Shown here piece after piece: positions 1-17,058 of a stretch of DNA of 64,000 nucleotides. Position numbers and translations under genes: made by a program. Position 1 is the stretch's first letter; each line of letters starts with the position of its first letter. Source of the DNA: the human T2T-CHM13v2.0 reference genome, Homo sapiens; the NCBI RefSeq assembly GCF_009914755.1, contig NC_060928.1; one strand, given 5' to 3'. The notes beneath the pieces were generated by a model, which was given only the letters and a program-made list of their open reading frames with translations, was not told the origin of the DNA and searched no databases.

Positions 1-763
1 GCAGTTTGTCACTGTATCAAGTCATCATATGACTGTTCTTGGGCCAATTGCCTTATAGGTAAAGAAAGAGCACACATAAAACATGTGCCTGGATAGTAAA
101 AATTATAGTAGGAAAATTGTTTAAAGCAATATTTGGGCACATGTGTTAATACAAAAAATCTTCCTAGATTTACAGGGGTCACCATTCTTAAGAATTTAGA
201 AGTTTTGTTAGACTCTTGGTTGATGTCCTGGAAAAATCAATTGGTACTTATTTGAGCATACATTATTTATGAAGTCTTTTTCTTTAGAGACTGTAGTTAC
301 AGAATCCCCTGGGCTCTCACCTAAGGAATGTATCATATTGAATCCTCTTGCAAGAAGAATTATTTGTAAAAGGGTGTGAAGGCTATGATAAATCAAGTGA
401 GAGCACAGGAGATTCTTCAGCTACAATCTCTGAAGAATGACTATAGTTGAATCTAGGGCTACAAAAGGGGTTTGGTTAAATAAGAGTTTAGCTATATCCA
501 ACAGCAATGTCTGTCTTGGAATATGAGATCTCTAGGCATGTTTTAGTCTTTCACATGCACTTTTTTTAAAGCTTATTCTTTTTTATTATTATTATACTTT
601 AAGTTCTGGGATACATGTGCAGAACGTGCAGGTTTGTTACATAGGTATACATGTGCTGTGGTGGTTTGCTGCATCCATCAACCCATCATCTACATTAGGT
701 ATTTCTCCTAATGCTATCTCTCCCCTTGCCGCCCACCCCTCCCTGTGCCATACATTCCCATTG

Positions 764-4606
<3,843 letters not shown>

Positions 4607-4669
4607 TATGATGCTAGCTGGTTATTTTGCCCATTAGTTGATGCGAATTCTTCATAGTGTTAATGGTCT

Positions 4670-5690
4670 TTTATTTTGGTATGTTTTTGCAGTGGTTGGT
4701 ACCAGTTTTTCCTTTCCATATTTAGTGCTTCTTTCAGGAGCTCTTGTAAGGCAGGCCTGGTGGTGACAAAATCTGTCAGTATTTGCTTGTCTGTAAAGGA
4801 TTTTATTTCTCCTTCACTTATGAAGCTTAGTTTGGCTGTATATGAAATTCTGCATTGAAAATTTTCTTCAAGAATGTTACATATTGGCCCCCACTCTCTT
4901 CTGGCTTGTAGGGTTTCTGCAGAGAGATCTGCTTTTAGTCTGATGGGCTTCCCTTTGTGAATAACCTGACCTTTCTCTCTGGTTGCTCTTAACATTTTTT
5001 CCTTTATTTCAACATTGGTGAATCTGACAATTATGTGTCTTGGGGTTGCTTTTCTCAAGGAGTATCTTTGTGGTGGTCTCTGTATTTCCTGAATTTAAAT
5101 GTTGGCCTATCTTGCTATGTTGGGGAAGTTCTCCTGGATAATATCCCAAAATGTGTTTTCCAACTTGGTTCCATTCTCCCCATCACTTTCAGGTACACCA
5201 ATTAAACATAGGTTTGGCCTTTTCACATAGTCCCATATTTCTTGGAGCCTTTGGTCATTCCTTTTCATTCTTTTTTCTCTAATCTTGTCTTCACGCTTTA
5301 TTTCATTAAGTTGATCTTCAATTTCTGATATCCTTTCTTCTGCTTCATCAATTTGTCTATTGATACTTGTGTATGCTTCACAAAGTTCTTGTGCTGTGTT
5401 TTTCAGCTCCACCAGGTCATTTATGTTCTTCTCTAAACTGGTTATTCTACTCAGCAATTTCTCTAACCTTTTATCAAGGTTCTTAGCTTCTTTGCAATGG
5501 GTGAGAATATGCTCCTTTAGCTCGGGGGAATTTGTTATTACCCACCTTCTGAAGCCTACTTCTGTCAATTTGTCAAACTCATTCTCTATCCAGTTTTTTT
5601 CCCTGCTGGCGAGGAGTTGTGATCCTTTGGAGTAGAAGAGGCATTCTGGTTTTTGGAATTTTCAGCCTTTTTGTGCTGGTTTCTCCTCAT
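4670..5690 (-). pseudogene. L1 ORF1p remnant (disrupted)
   Basis: ATGAGGAGAAACCAG start at 5690; fragments LQEIWDYVKRPNL, RKATPRHIIVRF, GKPIRLKADLSAETLQARREW, TTRPALQELLKEAL. Confidence 0.93.
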
Positions 5691-7070
5691 CTTCATGGAT
5701 TTATCTACCTTTGGTCTTTGCTGTTGGTGACCTTCAGATGGAGTTTTTGCATTGTCGTCCTTTTTGTTGATGTTGATGTTATTGCTTTCTGGTTTTTGGT
5801 TTTCCTTCTAACACTCAGAGCCCTCTGCCGCAGGTCTGCTGGAGTTTGCTGGGGGTCCACTCCAGACCCTGTTTGCCTGGGTATCACCCATGGATGCTGC
5901 TGAACAGCAAAGATTGCTGCCTGCTCCTTTCTTTGAAAGCTTCATCCCAGAGAGGCACCCACCAGATGCCAGCCAGAGCTCTCTTGTGTGAGGTGTCTGT
6001 CGACCCCTGCTGGGAGGTGATGCCCTAACAGGAGGTACAGGGGTCAGGGACCCACTTGAGGAGGCAGTCTGTCCCTTAGCAGAGCTCTAGTGCTGTGCTG
6101 GGAAATCTGCTGCTCTCTTCAGAGCTGTCAGGCAGGAACGTTTAAGACTGCTGAAGCTGCACCCACAGCCGCCTCTTCCCCTGGGTGCTCTGTCCAAGGG
6201 AGATGGGAGTTTTATCTATAAGCCCCTGAGTGGGGCTGTTGCCTTTTTTCAGAGATGCCTTGCCCTGAGAGGAGGAATCTAGAGAGGTAGTCTGGCTACA
6301 GTGGCTTTGTTGAGCTGCGGTGGGCTCTGCCCAGTCCTAACTTCCTGGCAGCTTTGTTTACACTGTGAGGGGAAAACCTCCCACTCAAGCCTCAGTAATG
6401 GCTAATGCCCCTCCCCCTACCAAGCTCAAGCTTCCCAGGTCAACATCAGGCTGCTGTGCTGGCAGCTAGAAATTCAAGCTAGTGGATCTTTCCTTGCTGG
6501 GCTCCATGGGCATGGTATCTGCTGAGCTAGACCACTTGGCTCCCAGGCTTCAGCCCCCTTTCCAGGGGAGTGAACATTTCTGTCTCACTGGGGTTTCAGG
6601 TGCCACTAGAGTAAAAAAAAAAACTCCTGCAGCTAGCTCAGTGTCTGCCCAAACTGCAGCCCAGTTTTTTGCTTGAAACTCAGGGCCCTTGTGGTATAGG
6701 CACCCAAGGGAATCTCCTGGTCTGCGGGTTGCAAAGACCACGGGAAAAGTGCAGTATCTGGGCTGGATAGCACCATCCCCTCACAGCACAGTCCCTCACG
6801 GTTTCCCTTGGCTAGGGGAGGGAGTTCCCTGACCCCTTGCACTTCCCAGGTGAGACAGTGCCCCATCCTGCTTCGGCTTGCCCTCCGAGGGCTGCACCCA
6901 CTCTCTAACCAGTACAGATGAGATGAACCAGCTACCTGAGTTGGAAATGCAGAAATCACCCACCTTCTGTGTTGGTCTCGCTGGGAGCTGCAGACCGGAG
7001 CTGTTCCTATTCAGCCATCTTGCCCAGGAGGCCCCTGAAATGCACTTTTAAGAACCACTTTCAAGTTACT

Positions 7071-7564
7071 TGTATTAGTTTCTTAGGGCGGCTGTAACAA
7101 AGTACCATAAACTGTGTGGCTTAAAACAACAGAAATTTATTCTCTCACAGCTCTGGAAGCTAGAAATCTGAAATCAAGGTATTGGCAGGCCCATGCTCCT
7201 TCCAAAGCCTCTTGAGAAGGATCCACTCTTGCCTCTTTCAGCTTTCAGGAGCCCCAGACATTCATTTCTCAGTTTGTGAGAATATAACTACATTATTTCT
7301 CTCTGACTTCACATGTTCCTCTTCATTCTCTCTCTCTCTCTTCCTCTCTCTCTCTTTCTGAGCATGTGTGTCTGTGTGTGCAGCCCACATGTGTGTGTGT
7401 TCTCTTATAAAGACACCAGTCATATTGAATTACCTACCCTAATGGCCTCTTCTTAACTTGATTACATCTGCAAAAAAACTATTTCCAAATAAGGTCACAT
7501 TCAGAGGTACCAGGGGTTAGGACTTCTACATATCATTTGGGGGGACACAGTTCAACCTATAACA
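7071..7564 (-). mobile_element. MaLR solo LTR (MLT1B/C/D-like) with internal (TC)n/(TG)n
   Basis: tgtattagtttcttagggcggctgtaacaaagtaccataaactg ... ccaaataaggtcacattcagaggtaccaggggttaggactt ... ttcaacctataaca; TG...CA termini. Confidence 0.88.
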
Positions 7565-7649
7565 TCTGGAAGCAATAAACACTTATCAATTCCAATCTGC
7601 TGCATGGGTTTGGAAAATAATAATTAACACCCCTTTCATATAGGCAACC

Positions 7650-7810
7650 ATGGCTGATTACTAGATGCACCTGGGGAGCTTTTAAACATCCCAATTCTCA
7701 AGCCTGCACCACAGAATAATTACATTAGAATCTCCAGAGATGGACTCAGATACTAATGTATCTGAAAGCTTTGTTTCCAATGTGTATTTTAGTTTGAGAA
7801 CTTCTATAGT
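7650..7810. mobile_element. MER5-type hAT-Charlie MITE remnant
   Basis: cacctggggagctttt ... ttagaatctc ... agtttgagaact motifs typical of MER5A/B. Confidence 0.55.
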
Positions 7811-8602
7811 AAACCCAGAAGACAACTAAGGATAAAAAATAATCTGCGTCTTTACTGAAGAACCTAGTTTCACCCACGAGGTCAAAATAATCTTCCATTT
7901 CTTTGCGCATGAATTGAACTTAACTCCTCAGTCATAGGCAGAGCAGCTGGACAATTGCAGGCTATTCCCTGCAGGGCCAAAGCTTTGCCCAGCTGGCTTC
8001 TCACATTGGCCTGGCAGCACTCAGGTACTGTGAGGGAGAGAAGAGAAACTAAACCAGCATACCCAAGGCCTTCCGAAACTCATCAATCAGACCAATCTCC
8101 CATGAAGAATAGTGAGAGGTGGAAAAAATAATGGAAAATTACTGCTACTTCCAAGTATCAGATATTTGTTTTTCTTCTCCAAGAGAGGTAAATATAATTT
8201 CAATTTATAATTGCAAAAACACAATTAGTTGGTTGCTTTTGTTCTCACAAAATCTTGTTGACATAAATTTACTAATTTAACTCCTAATGACTTCCTATTT
8301 TTCTGTCCAAAGAAATTATCCTTTGATAATACTTCCTACATGATATAGAACATGCTATTTATTTTTACATTTTAAATATGACTATCCATCTGAGAGAGTA
8401 AAGGTTTCTTTATTCATACATGCAGCACCTATTTCTCAAGTGCCATGCTCTGAGCAAACAGACATTTTTCTAGTTCTAGTTCTAGTTCTTGTCTTAAACT
8501 CTAGATTCTATTAGAAAAGACAGAAAATAACAAGCAAATGAATAAATATTTTAGATGGTGATAAGTGCTTTAGAGAAAAATAAAGCAGAGTGGAAAATAA
8601 AC

Positions 8603-9085
8603 TGTGCCAGTACTCGGGGATCATGTGTAGTCCTCTGGCACTCTGCACCCGGCCCATCTGTGCTATGTCCTCTAGTTGGGTTAGGATTGGAAGAAGAAAG
8701 AATACATTTCCCAGGCTCTTTTCCAGCTAGCTTACTAGGCGAGCTTTAGGTTCTATCAGTCATAAAGTGTGGAAGATTCACGGAGCTTGAGGCCATTTTC
8801 CTGCACTGGTGGCAACCAACTGGCAGACTTCAGCAGATGTAAGCATGTGTCTATTGTCTAATACCTGCTTCATGGGTATGAGGTAGTCATGGTAGCAGCC
8901 AGGGAGGTCACGGTGCCATTGGGAATTTTCTGAACTCTGCAGTGGTATGACCCAAAACCAGGGATCCAGTGGTGATCCCCTGATTTTCCTTCCTCCTAAT
9001 AATTTTATAAGCTCCTAATATTTAAATTAAATTCTTATCTACTTGATATACCTACAGTTATTTCTATTTCTTGCACTGAATCAGG
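8603..9085 (+). mobile_element. Old ERVL-class solo LTR (LTR33-like)
   Basis: 3' end ttaaattcttatctacttgatatacctacagttatttctatttcttgcactgaatc resembles the LTR33-family terminus; it splits the L2. Confidence 0.5.
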
Positions 9086-9123
9086 GAAGATGCCCAAAAA
9101 ATCTTGGCCAAAAAAATCTCTCA

Positions 9124-9368
9124 AGCCTAGGCAACAGGGTGAGACCCCATCTCTACAAAAAAAGTGAAAATAAAAATGTATTTTTAACTAGCTGTTTGTG
9201 GTGGTATGCACCCATAGTTCCAGCTACTCAAGAAGCCTAGATGGGAGGATTGCTTAAGCCCAGGAGGTCAAGACTGCAGTGAGGTATTTTCACAGCATTG
9301 CATTGCAGCCTGGACAATAGACCCTCTCTCTCAAAAATAAAAATAAATAAATAAAAATAAAAATAAAG
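9124..9368 (+). mobile_element. 5'-truncated AluJ
   Basis: gcctaggcaacagggtgagaccccatctctac, ggaggattgcttaagcccaggaggtcaagactgcagtgag, (AAAAT/AAAT)n tail. Confidence 0.88.
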
Positions 9369-9894
9369 TCTCTTAGATGAGTTGAACTTTGAGTGGAGAT
9401 ACACCTGAATAAAGCCAGGGCTTTACATACAAAGGCCAGGGGCAGAGAGTTCTAGGTAGGGAGAATAAAAGCTACAAAGATGAGAGTGAGTTCAATATGT
9501 TTGCAAAACAGCAAGAACTCTAATGCAGCTGAAGAGGATGAGTAAGGTTAGCATACAATTATGGAAAGAAAAAAGGTAGGGTCACTACTAGCCTTATAAT
9601 GCATTGTAAGGTGTTCAGATTTCTCAGATGATAAATTATTGAAACGTTGTAGGAGGAAGTGACACAAGCTTGCTCCAGGGTAAATAGACTATAGTGAAGC
9701 AATCATAGAAGCAGAGAAACCAGCTGGAAGGCTGTTGCCATGCTCCAAGTGAGAGAGAGTAATAATTTGCATCATGACGATTTGTTGGAAATGGGGAGAA
9801 GTGAGTGGATACTGGATATATTTTGAAGGTGGTGCCAATAGGATTTTTGATGCATTGTATAGAAGGCTCCATGGAATAATAATTAAATGAACAT

Positions 9895-10020
9895 GAACAT
9901 ATAATTTATTACCCAAACCGGAACAATTTAAGAATGAAGGAGGACTCCATTAATATTTATGCTGGAGAAACAGACATAAACTGGGAATGTCCCAGGCAGA
10001 CCAGATTTGTTGGTACCCTA
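9895..10020. mobile_element. MER94-like hAT MITE
   Basis: ataatttattacccaaaccggaaca ... gggaatgtcccaggcagaccag ... ggtacccta. Confidence 0.5.
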
Positions 10021-10552
10021 AGTATAAGGAAAACAATGTAAGAATGACACAAAATTTTAAAACCTTGAACCACTGGTTAAAGTAACCATCTAGAGAGAGG
10101 AAGGACTGAAAGAAAAACAAGAAGAGATGGCTTAAATCAAGAATACTACCACAGCCAGACAGCTTCATGGACGTGTGTCCTGTGCAGTTGTGCAGTGCTC
10201 AGATGGGTATCTCTAAGTGTCCTTGGAAGTCTTCTAAACCAAGACAAAGTAACAGACAATGAAGAGAGAAAGCCAGAGCTGGAGGCAAGATGTAGAGAAT
10301 GAAATAAACTCACAATTACAATTATTAGACTAACTAGCAATCAGAGTGGTTTGACCAAGTTTCAGAAGGTTGAGCAAGAGATTCCCTTCTTGTCTGAACT
10401 CAGAATTAGTCTTAGATTTTGAAAGGCATCTAAGCCTACAGGTGATAGACAGTTGTCTTCATTAGTGGGACAGGCAAAAGGATTGTTTGAAAAATCAGCA
10501 GGACTTATTGCAGGTATAAAAATGAATATTGACATTGAAACATTCTCTGCTA

Positions 10553-10601
10553 TTACACACACAAGCACACATAAGCGCACACATAAGCACACACACATAC
10601 A
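10553..10601. repeat. Degenerate (CA)n microsatellite with a 12-bp higher-order unit (aagcacacacat)
   Basis: acacacacaagcacacataagcgcacacataagcacacacacataca. Confidence 0.85.
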
Positions 10602-12105
10602 TGCTGGAGAGGAAAGGCAAAGATTTGAGAACCCTAAATATATACTAGACTCAACAGGTCACTAAAAATTTCCCACTTAATTCTATTTTGGTGAATGTAG
10701 AGATTAGCTTCAAAATTGTGATTGGAGGAACTACAAGTAATTGGATTTTTAAAAATTACCTAAGTTTATCATAATATTAGTAATTTGTATTTTTTCATCT
10801 TTTTCTTTTTCATTTTTACTATTTCTTGCTTCCTTTCACTTTTATTCATACTGTTTTTCAACTTGATGTCTTTTCTCTTTGTAAAAATGCATGTGACATT
10901 CAGTTATTGAAAAGCAAATATGATCATTAATATTAAAAAGAATATGAAAACCATAATTTCTACTTAATGATTTTACTAATTTTATAGACAGTCTGTTTTT
11001 AAATGAAGTGTCAGAATCTACATACAAATAATAAACAGAAGAAAAGAATTTATTATACCAATAATTTATGTTTAAGTAAACCCTGGTTTCTATAACTGTG
11101 ATTTCAAGGTGAATTATAAAGGAAAAATATAAGTAATTTGCTGAATCATGTGTTACATCATGTAAAATAAAAAAGTCTTATTTAATTCTTCTGCCAAACA
11201 TTCCCTATCTTGATATTTTTGTCATGAATTCTATAATTTCATTATAATTAATACACATTAGCTACAAATTTACAACTAGCCACATGTTCAGAAACAAGAA
11301 ATGTCACATTTCATTGATTCTTCTAAATCAATTTAATGAGTTCTCACACCCTTTCCTGCCAAATAGGTAAAAAAAAAATTGTGCTCAGTATTTATTGGGA
11401 TCCTACCCCTTCTCCAGTGTCTTACAGAATGAAGGCCATTCTGACTCATTAGTCTACACTGGTGAAACCTCATGGCCTCCTGAGAGTGGGAGGCTCTAAT
11501 ACTTCCCCATCACACTTGAGCACAAAGGATATGTGTGTGTTGCAAGGAGGATTGGCCACACATGGGAGTCAGCCTCCAAGGCTCTGCAAACTCTGTGGGT
11601 GGAAGTGGGTATTCTAAAGGGAGCAGAATTCTGGACCTTAACACCTGAATTACCACGGGCCCCTGAAAAACTACACAGCTCATAAATGAACCAAGTCACT
11701 TTGATACACAAGTCATCTTGAACAATGTCAGAACCCTTTGAAAAATGCTACTCATTTCCAAATGTTCATTCTATTGAAAGAAGACAATGTTCTAAGTATC
11801 TGAAATCAATAAGTAACTGAATTTAAAAAGAGTGCAGTAGAATATAATGCAATTTCCAAAACTGAGTGGATCACATAGGCCTGAAATTATAAAGAGATAT
11901 GAGTGCTGCTTTTCTGAATTCTAACTCACTCCACATGCCAAGCCTACGAAATAACTATGCTACTGCATCTCCCAAGAAGATTCTGTAAGCATCCCTGGTA
12001 CAACTTCACCTTGGAACATGGAATGTCCTGTTAGTACTCTTCAAATGATTCATAATACTATAGCCTCTTGGCCACTTATAAAGCTAAGATTTACAATAAT
12101 GAGAG

Positions 12106-14459
12106 TGTATTAGTCTGTTCTCATTCTACAAATAAAGACATAGCTGAGACTAGGCAATTTATAAAAGAAAGTTTAATGGACTCACAGTTCTACATGGCTG
12201 GGGAGGCCTCACAATCATGGTGGAAGGCAGAGGAAGAAGAAAGGCATGCCTTACATGGTGGCAGGCAAGAGAGTATGTACAGGGAAACTGCTCTTTATAA
12301 AACCATCAGGTCTCATGACACTTATTCACTATCAGGAGGACAGCACAAAAAAATGTGCTTCCACGATTCAATTACCTCCCACTGGGTCCCTCCCAAGACA
12401 CATGGAAATTGTGGGAGCTACAATTCAAGATGAAATTTTGGTGGGAACACAGCCAAACCATATCATTCCATCCCTGGCCCCTCCCAAATCTCAGGTCTTC
12501 ACATTTCAAAACAAATCATGCCTTCCTAACAGTCACCCAGAGTCTTAACTCATTTCAGCCTTAACTCAAAAGTCCATAGTCCAAAGTCTCATCTGAGACA
12601 AGGCAAGTCCTTTCTGCCTATGAGCCTGTAAAATCAAAAGCAAGTTAGTCACTTCCTGGATACGATGGGGGAACAGGCATTGGGTAAATACACCTTTTCC
12701 AAATGGGAGGAATTGGTCAAAACAAAGGGGCTACAGGCCCCGTACAAGTCTGAAATCCAATAAGGCAGTCATTAAACCTTAAACCTCCAAAATGATCTCC
12801 TGTGACTCCACGTCTCACATCCAGGTCATGATGATGCAAGAAGTGGGCTCCCATGACCTTGGGCAACTCTACTCCTGTGGCTTTGCAAGGTACAGACCCC
12901 CTCCTTATTGCTTTTATGGGCTGGCATTGAGTGTCTGTGGCTTTTCCAGGGGCACAGTGAAAGCTGTTGGTGGATCTACCATTCTAGGGTTGGTCTGGAG
13001 GACTGTGGCCCTCTTCTCACAGCTCCACTAGGCAGTGCCCCAGTGGGGACTCTATGTGGGGGATCCAACCCCCAACCCCACATTTTCCTTCTGCACTGCC
13101 CTAGCAGAGATTCTCTATGAGAGCTCAGCCACTGCAGCACACCTCTGCCTAAGCATGCAGGCATTTCCATACATCCTCTGACATCTAGGAGGAGGTTCCC
13201 AAACCTAAATTCTTGACTTCTGTGCACCCACAGGCTCAACACCATGTGCAAGCCACCAAGGCTTGGGGCTTGCACCCTCTGAAGGAATAGCCTGAGCTGT
13301 ACGTTGGCCCCTTTTAGCCACAGCTTGGACACAGGGCACCAAGTCTTGAGACTGCACAAAGCAGCAAGGCCCCAGGCCTAGCCCATTAAATCATTTTTTC
13401 CTTCTAGGACTCCCGCCTTGTAATGGGAGGGGCTGCCATGAAGCCCTCTGACATGCCCTGAAGACATTTTCCCCATTGTCTTGGCAACTAACATTTGGAT
13501 CCTTGTTACTTATGCAAATTTCTGCAGCTGGCTTAAATTTCTCCCCAGAAAATGGGTTCTTCCTATGACATAGTCAGGCTGCAAATTTTCTGAACTTTTA
13601 TAAAAAACTCTGCTTCTCTTTTAAACATAAGTTCCAATTCAAATCCATATCATTGTGAATGAATAAAACTGAATGCTTTTAAGAGCACCCAAGTCATCTC
13701 TTGAATGCTCTGATGCTTAGAAATTTATTCTACCACATACCCTAAATCACTAAATCATCTCTCTCAGGTTCAAAGTTCCACAGATCTCTAGCACAGAGGT
13801 GAAATGCCACCAATCTCTTTGGTAAAGCATAGCAAGTGTGACATTTATTCCAGTTCCCAACAAGTTCCTCATCTCTATCTGAGACCACCTTAGCCTGGAC
13901 TTTATTGTTCATATCACTATCAGTATTTCGGTCAAAGCCATTCAACAAGTATCTAGGAAGCTCCAAACTTTCTCACATTTTTCTGTCTTCTTCTGAGCCC
14001 TCCAAACTGTTCCAACCTCTGCCTGTTACCCAGTTTTAAAGTCGCTTCCACTTTTTCAGGTATCTTTACAGCAGCACACCACTCTGCCACTACCAATTTA
14101 CTGTATTAGTCTGTTCTCATGCTGTCAATAAAGACATACCCAAGACTGGGCAATTTATAAAGGAAAGGAGGTTTAATAGACTCACAGTTCCACGTGGTTC
14201 AGAAGGCCTCACAATCATGGTGGAAGGTGAAGGAGGAGCAAAGTCACGTCTTTTGTGGTGGCAGGCAAGAGAGCATGCAAGGGAACTACCCTTTATAAAA
14301 CCATCAGATTTTGTGAGACTATTCACTATCATGAGACGAGCACAGGAAAACCTGCCCCCTTGATTCAATTACCTCCCACCAGGTCTCTCCCATGACACAT
14401 GGGGATTATGGCTATAATTCATGATGACATTTGAGTGGGGACACAGCCAAACCATATCA
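12106..14459 (-). mobile_element. Complete THE1 (THE1C/D-like) MaLR element: LTR 12106-12465, internal 12466-14101, LTR 14102-14459
   Basis: Two ~360-bp direct repeats, each tgtattagtctgttctca...cagccaaaccatatca, flank a ~1.6 kb THE1-int. 5-bp TSD gagag (12101-12105) / gaaag (14460-14464). Confidence 0.95.
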
Positions 14460-15069
14460 GAAAGTAATGTCGTCTGAAAAAAATAGCTTTTCATGTAATG
14501 TGACTACAGTGTGTATATGTCAATCAGACATGCAGAAGCCATCCACATCTTTAATGATTACTCGTTTTAACAGTCTGTTACAAACTTTTACAGGCAAAAT
14601 GACCTAGGTATTTAATAGCTTCTCTTTCTGTGAAAAAGAGGTTATTTAAAGGTTAAACTGAATACATTCCAAATTCCAACCGATTGAAAATTCAATCATC
14701 TATGAGGGCTGTCTTTTGAATATTGTAATATGCTGGAAAAGCATTTGCAGTTTTTAGTGCCATAAAAAAGCAATAAAATGTCATAAAACGAAACAAATGC
14801 CATAAAAAAGTGAGAGAGATTGGGACAAGATCTAGAAATGTCTCTTCTATTAGGCAGAATTTCTTATTTATAGCTGTGACTCCTAATTGCCTCACTGCAA
14901 TGTTTTGTGTCTCCAAAAACAAAAAAGTGTAATGTCTTTTCAATCCTTAGTTGGCAGTTTTCTTCAGCTAAACATGAGCGTATTTGAGGGATAAGAGAAG
15001 GGGTGAAGGGCAAGCTGATTTTTTTTATGATTTGCTGGAATACGAGTTCAACTGAAAAAAATTTGTTCT

Positions 15070-15145
15070 ATCCGCTTCATCACTATATTCATGACCTACC
15101 ACATGCTAGCAAAGAATAGACACTGGAAATATTTGTTGAATAAAT
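15070..15145 (+). mobile_element. LINE-2 3' end fragment
   Basis: tagacactggaaatatttgttgaataaatt resembles the L2 terminus. Confidence 0.45.
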
Positions 15146-16207
15146 TAACTAATTAATTAGTGAGTTCGCTGAGAGATGAAGGAGAGCTGTGGATAGATGA
15201 GCTTCAATTTTTCTTTTTTCAGTGGCATTTGGAAGTTTCACTTCTCCTCTATCTCCTTTTGCAGTTTGTCTGCATCTTGCAGCAGGCTAAGAAAAGACCC
15301 TCCATTTTGAACACCACTCTGAATTGCAAAGATTTAGCCCCACTTGAAAGACAGCTTTCCTTTCTGCTTACAAGAACAGCTCTCTCTCTCTCTCTGATGA
15401 CTTAGTGAAGACTGCAGCACAGTCTTCTTGCAGTCCCCAGCTGAAGCCAGTCTTTCTAAATTAGCCCTAGAACCTGCCACTAGAGTGTGTCTTGGACTTA
15501 GACATTTTACAGCTGTAATGTTTTATTGATCACATTTAAGCCCTATCTTTTTAATTAATGAATGTTTATGTTATTACAGCAGATAAAACAGGATTTCATT
15601 CAAAGTCCTTTCTGCAATGTTAAGCTAGAGTTTGAAATCAAGGGAATAAATGTGGCAACAACTGAACCCAATTTTCCTGTGATTGCTTTTTTCCTACTGT
15701 TCAGTTTTAAAAACTAAATTTAATATGAATAATTTCCCTTCCTTGGGCCCTTTTCTAACAGTCTGGCTCCACACAGTTATGTTACCTGCCTCCCCATCCT
15801 CCTCTGCAGCTTGTGGTGATAAGAGATGTGATTTATAATGCACCCCTGATTCATGAACACTGCACAATCCCAGACTATGTTATCTTGGAAAGGTTTACCT
15901 GTTATTTTTCAAGCAATACAAAACATGCAATAACAAAATATATATTCAGAACAGTTGAGTCTTTTATATGTGTGCACTTTAATCAAGCTCTGTGTCCCAG
16001 AGCTTCCATCAAGAAGTTGACCTCTCTTTGAAGGTCAACTCTCTCTCGTCCAAAAAGTCTTCTCCACCCACTGCCCCAGCAATGTTAGGCTGTATGTTTT
16101 TGTGGACATATTTTCTTTCCCTTCTAACCATGTAGTATTTCAAATAACTAGGGGACAGTCAGTGTCAGAGTATTCCTGTATACACTGACTTAGAAAACGT
16201 AGAGCAG

Positions 16208-16688
16208 TGTATTCGTGTTCTAGGGCTAATAAGAAAATACCAAAAACTGGGTTGCTTAGTTTGACAGAAATGTATTGTCTCATAGTTCTGGAAGCCAGCA
16301 ATCTGAAATCACGTTGTCAGCAGGACCATGTCATCTATGAAGCCTCTAGAAGAGTATCTTTCCTGGCTTCTAGTTTCTGCTGCTTGCTGGCAAGTCTTGC
16401 TGGGACATTCCTGGCCTATAGAGGCATCACTCCAGTCACAGGGCCATCTTCTCCTTGTGTGATTTCAAATCTTTCATTTACGTGTGTCTGTCTCTATGTC
16501 CAAATATCTCTCTCTTTTTTTTTTTTCCATAAAGAACCCAGTTATATTGGATTAGGACCCATCCTAATGACTTCACTTTAGCTTGATACCTTTGTAGAGA
16601 ACTTATTTTCAAATAAGGTCACATTCTGAGATACTTGGGATTAGTGATTCAACAGCCTTTTCAGGGGGATATAATTCAACCCATAATA
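16208..16688 (-). mobile_element. MaLR solo LTR (MLT1B/C/D-like)
   Basis: aaataccaaaaactgggttgctta, tctcatagttctggaagc, gttatattggattaggacccatcctaatgac, aaataaggtcacattctgag, aattcaacccataata. Confidence 0.85.
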
Positions 16689-17000
16689 AACCAGAAGGAT
16701 GAAGAGTGGACTGGGCATAGAGAAAGATAATGAGAGTCAGTTCTCTTTTCTTTCTCACTGCTCTCAGGTTTAACTAAGGATCAGGACAGGTGGAAGCAGG
16801 TGCCAGATGAGCTTCACTTAGGGGCCACTGACAACACTCATTCCCATTTCATGCATGTTCTGTGTCATAGGAAAGGAAGGGAGCTACCTGTGACTTACCA
16901 GGAGTCTACATTACAAACACTTGTGTTCTCAGAATTGCTGCTTCTGTTTCCCCATTTGCTCGGCGTGGTGAATCACTTGTGGGCTGCCACAGTTTTCATG

Positions 17001-17045
17001 CAGTGGTTCTAAACTTCCATGTGCATCAGAATTACCTGTAGAGAA
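17001..17045 (+). mobile_element. MER5A-like left-end fragment
   Basis: cagtggttctaaactt...tgcatcagaattacctg. Confidence 0.55.
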
Positions 17046-17058
17046 GTCTGGGTCCCAA

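Larger units (their letters stand above)
8410..9880 (-). mobile_element. LINE-2 remnant, interrupted by an ERVL LTR and an Alu
   Basis: gatggtgataagtgctttagagaaaaataaagcag (8555-8589). Continues at 9370-9880 with gaactttgagtggagat, ctggaaggctgttgcc, gatactggatatattttgaaggt. Confidence 0.7.

Noticed and set aside
208-396. 62-aa minus-strand ORF with an acceptor-like cattccttag|G
   Set aside because: No recognisable homology, a weak pyrimidine tract and no supporting neighbouring exon.
12068-14368. Several 70-127 aa ORFs in the THE1 element
   Set aside because: Overlapping frames on both strands of a non-autonomous MaLR, with no coherent gene.
15160-15405. 81-aa ORF with several acceptor-like pyrimidine tracts
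   Set aside because: No convincing donor and no recognisable homology.
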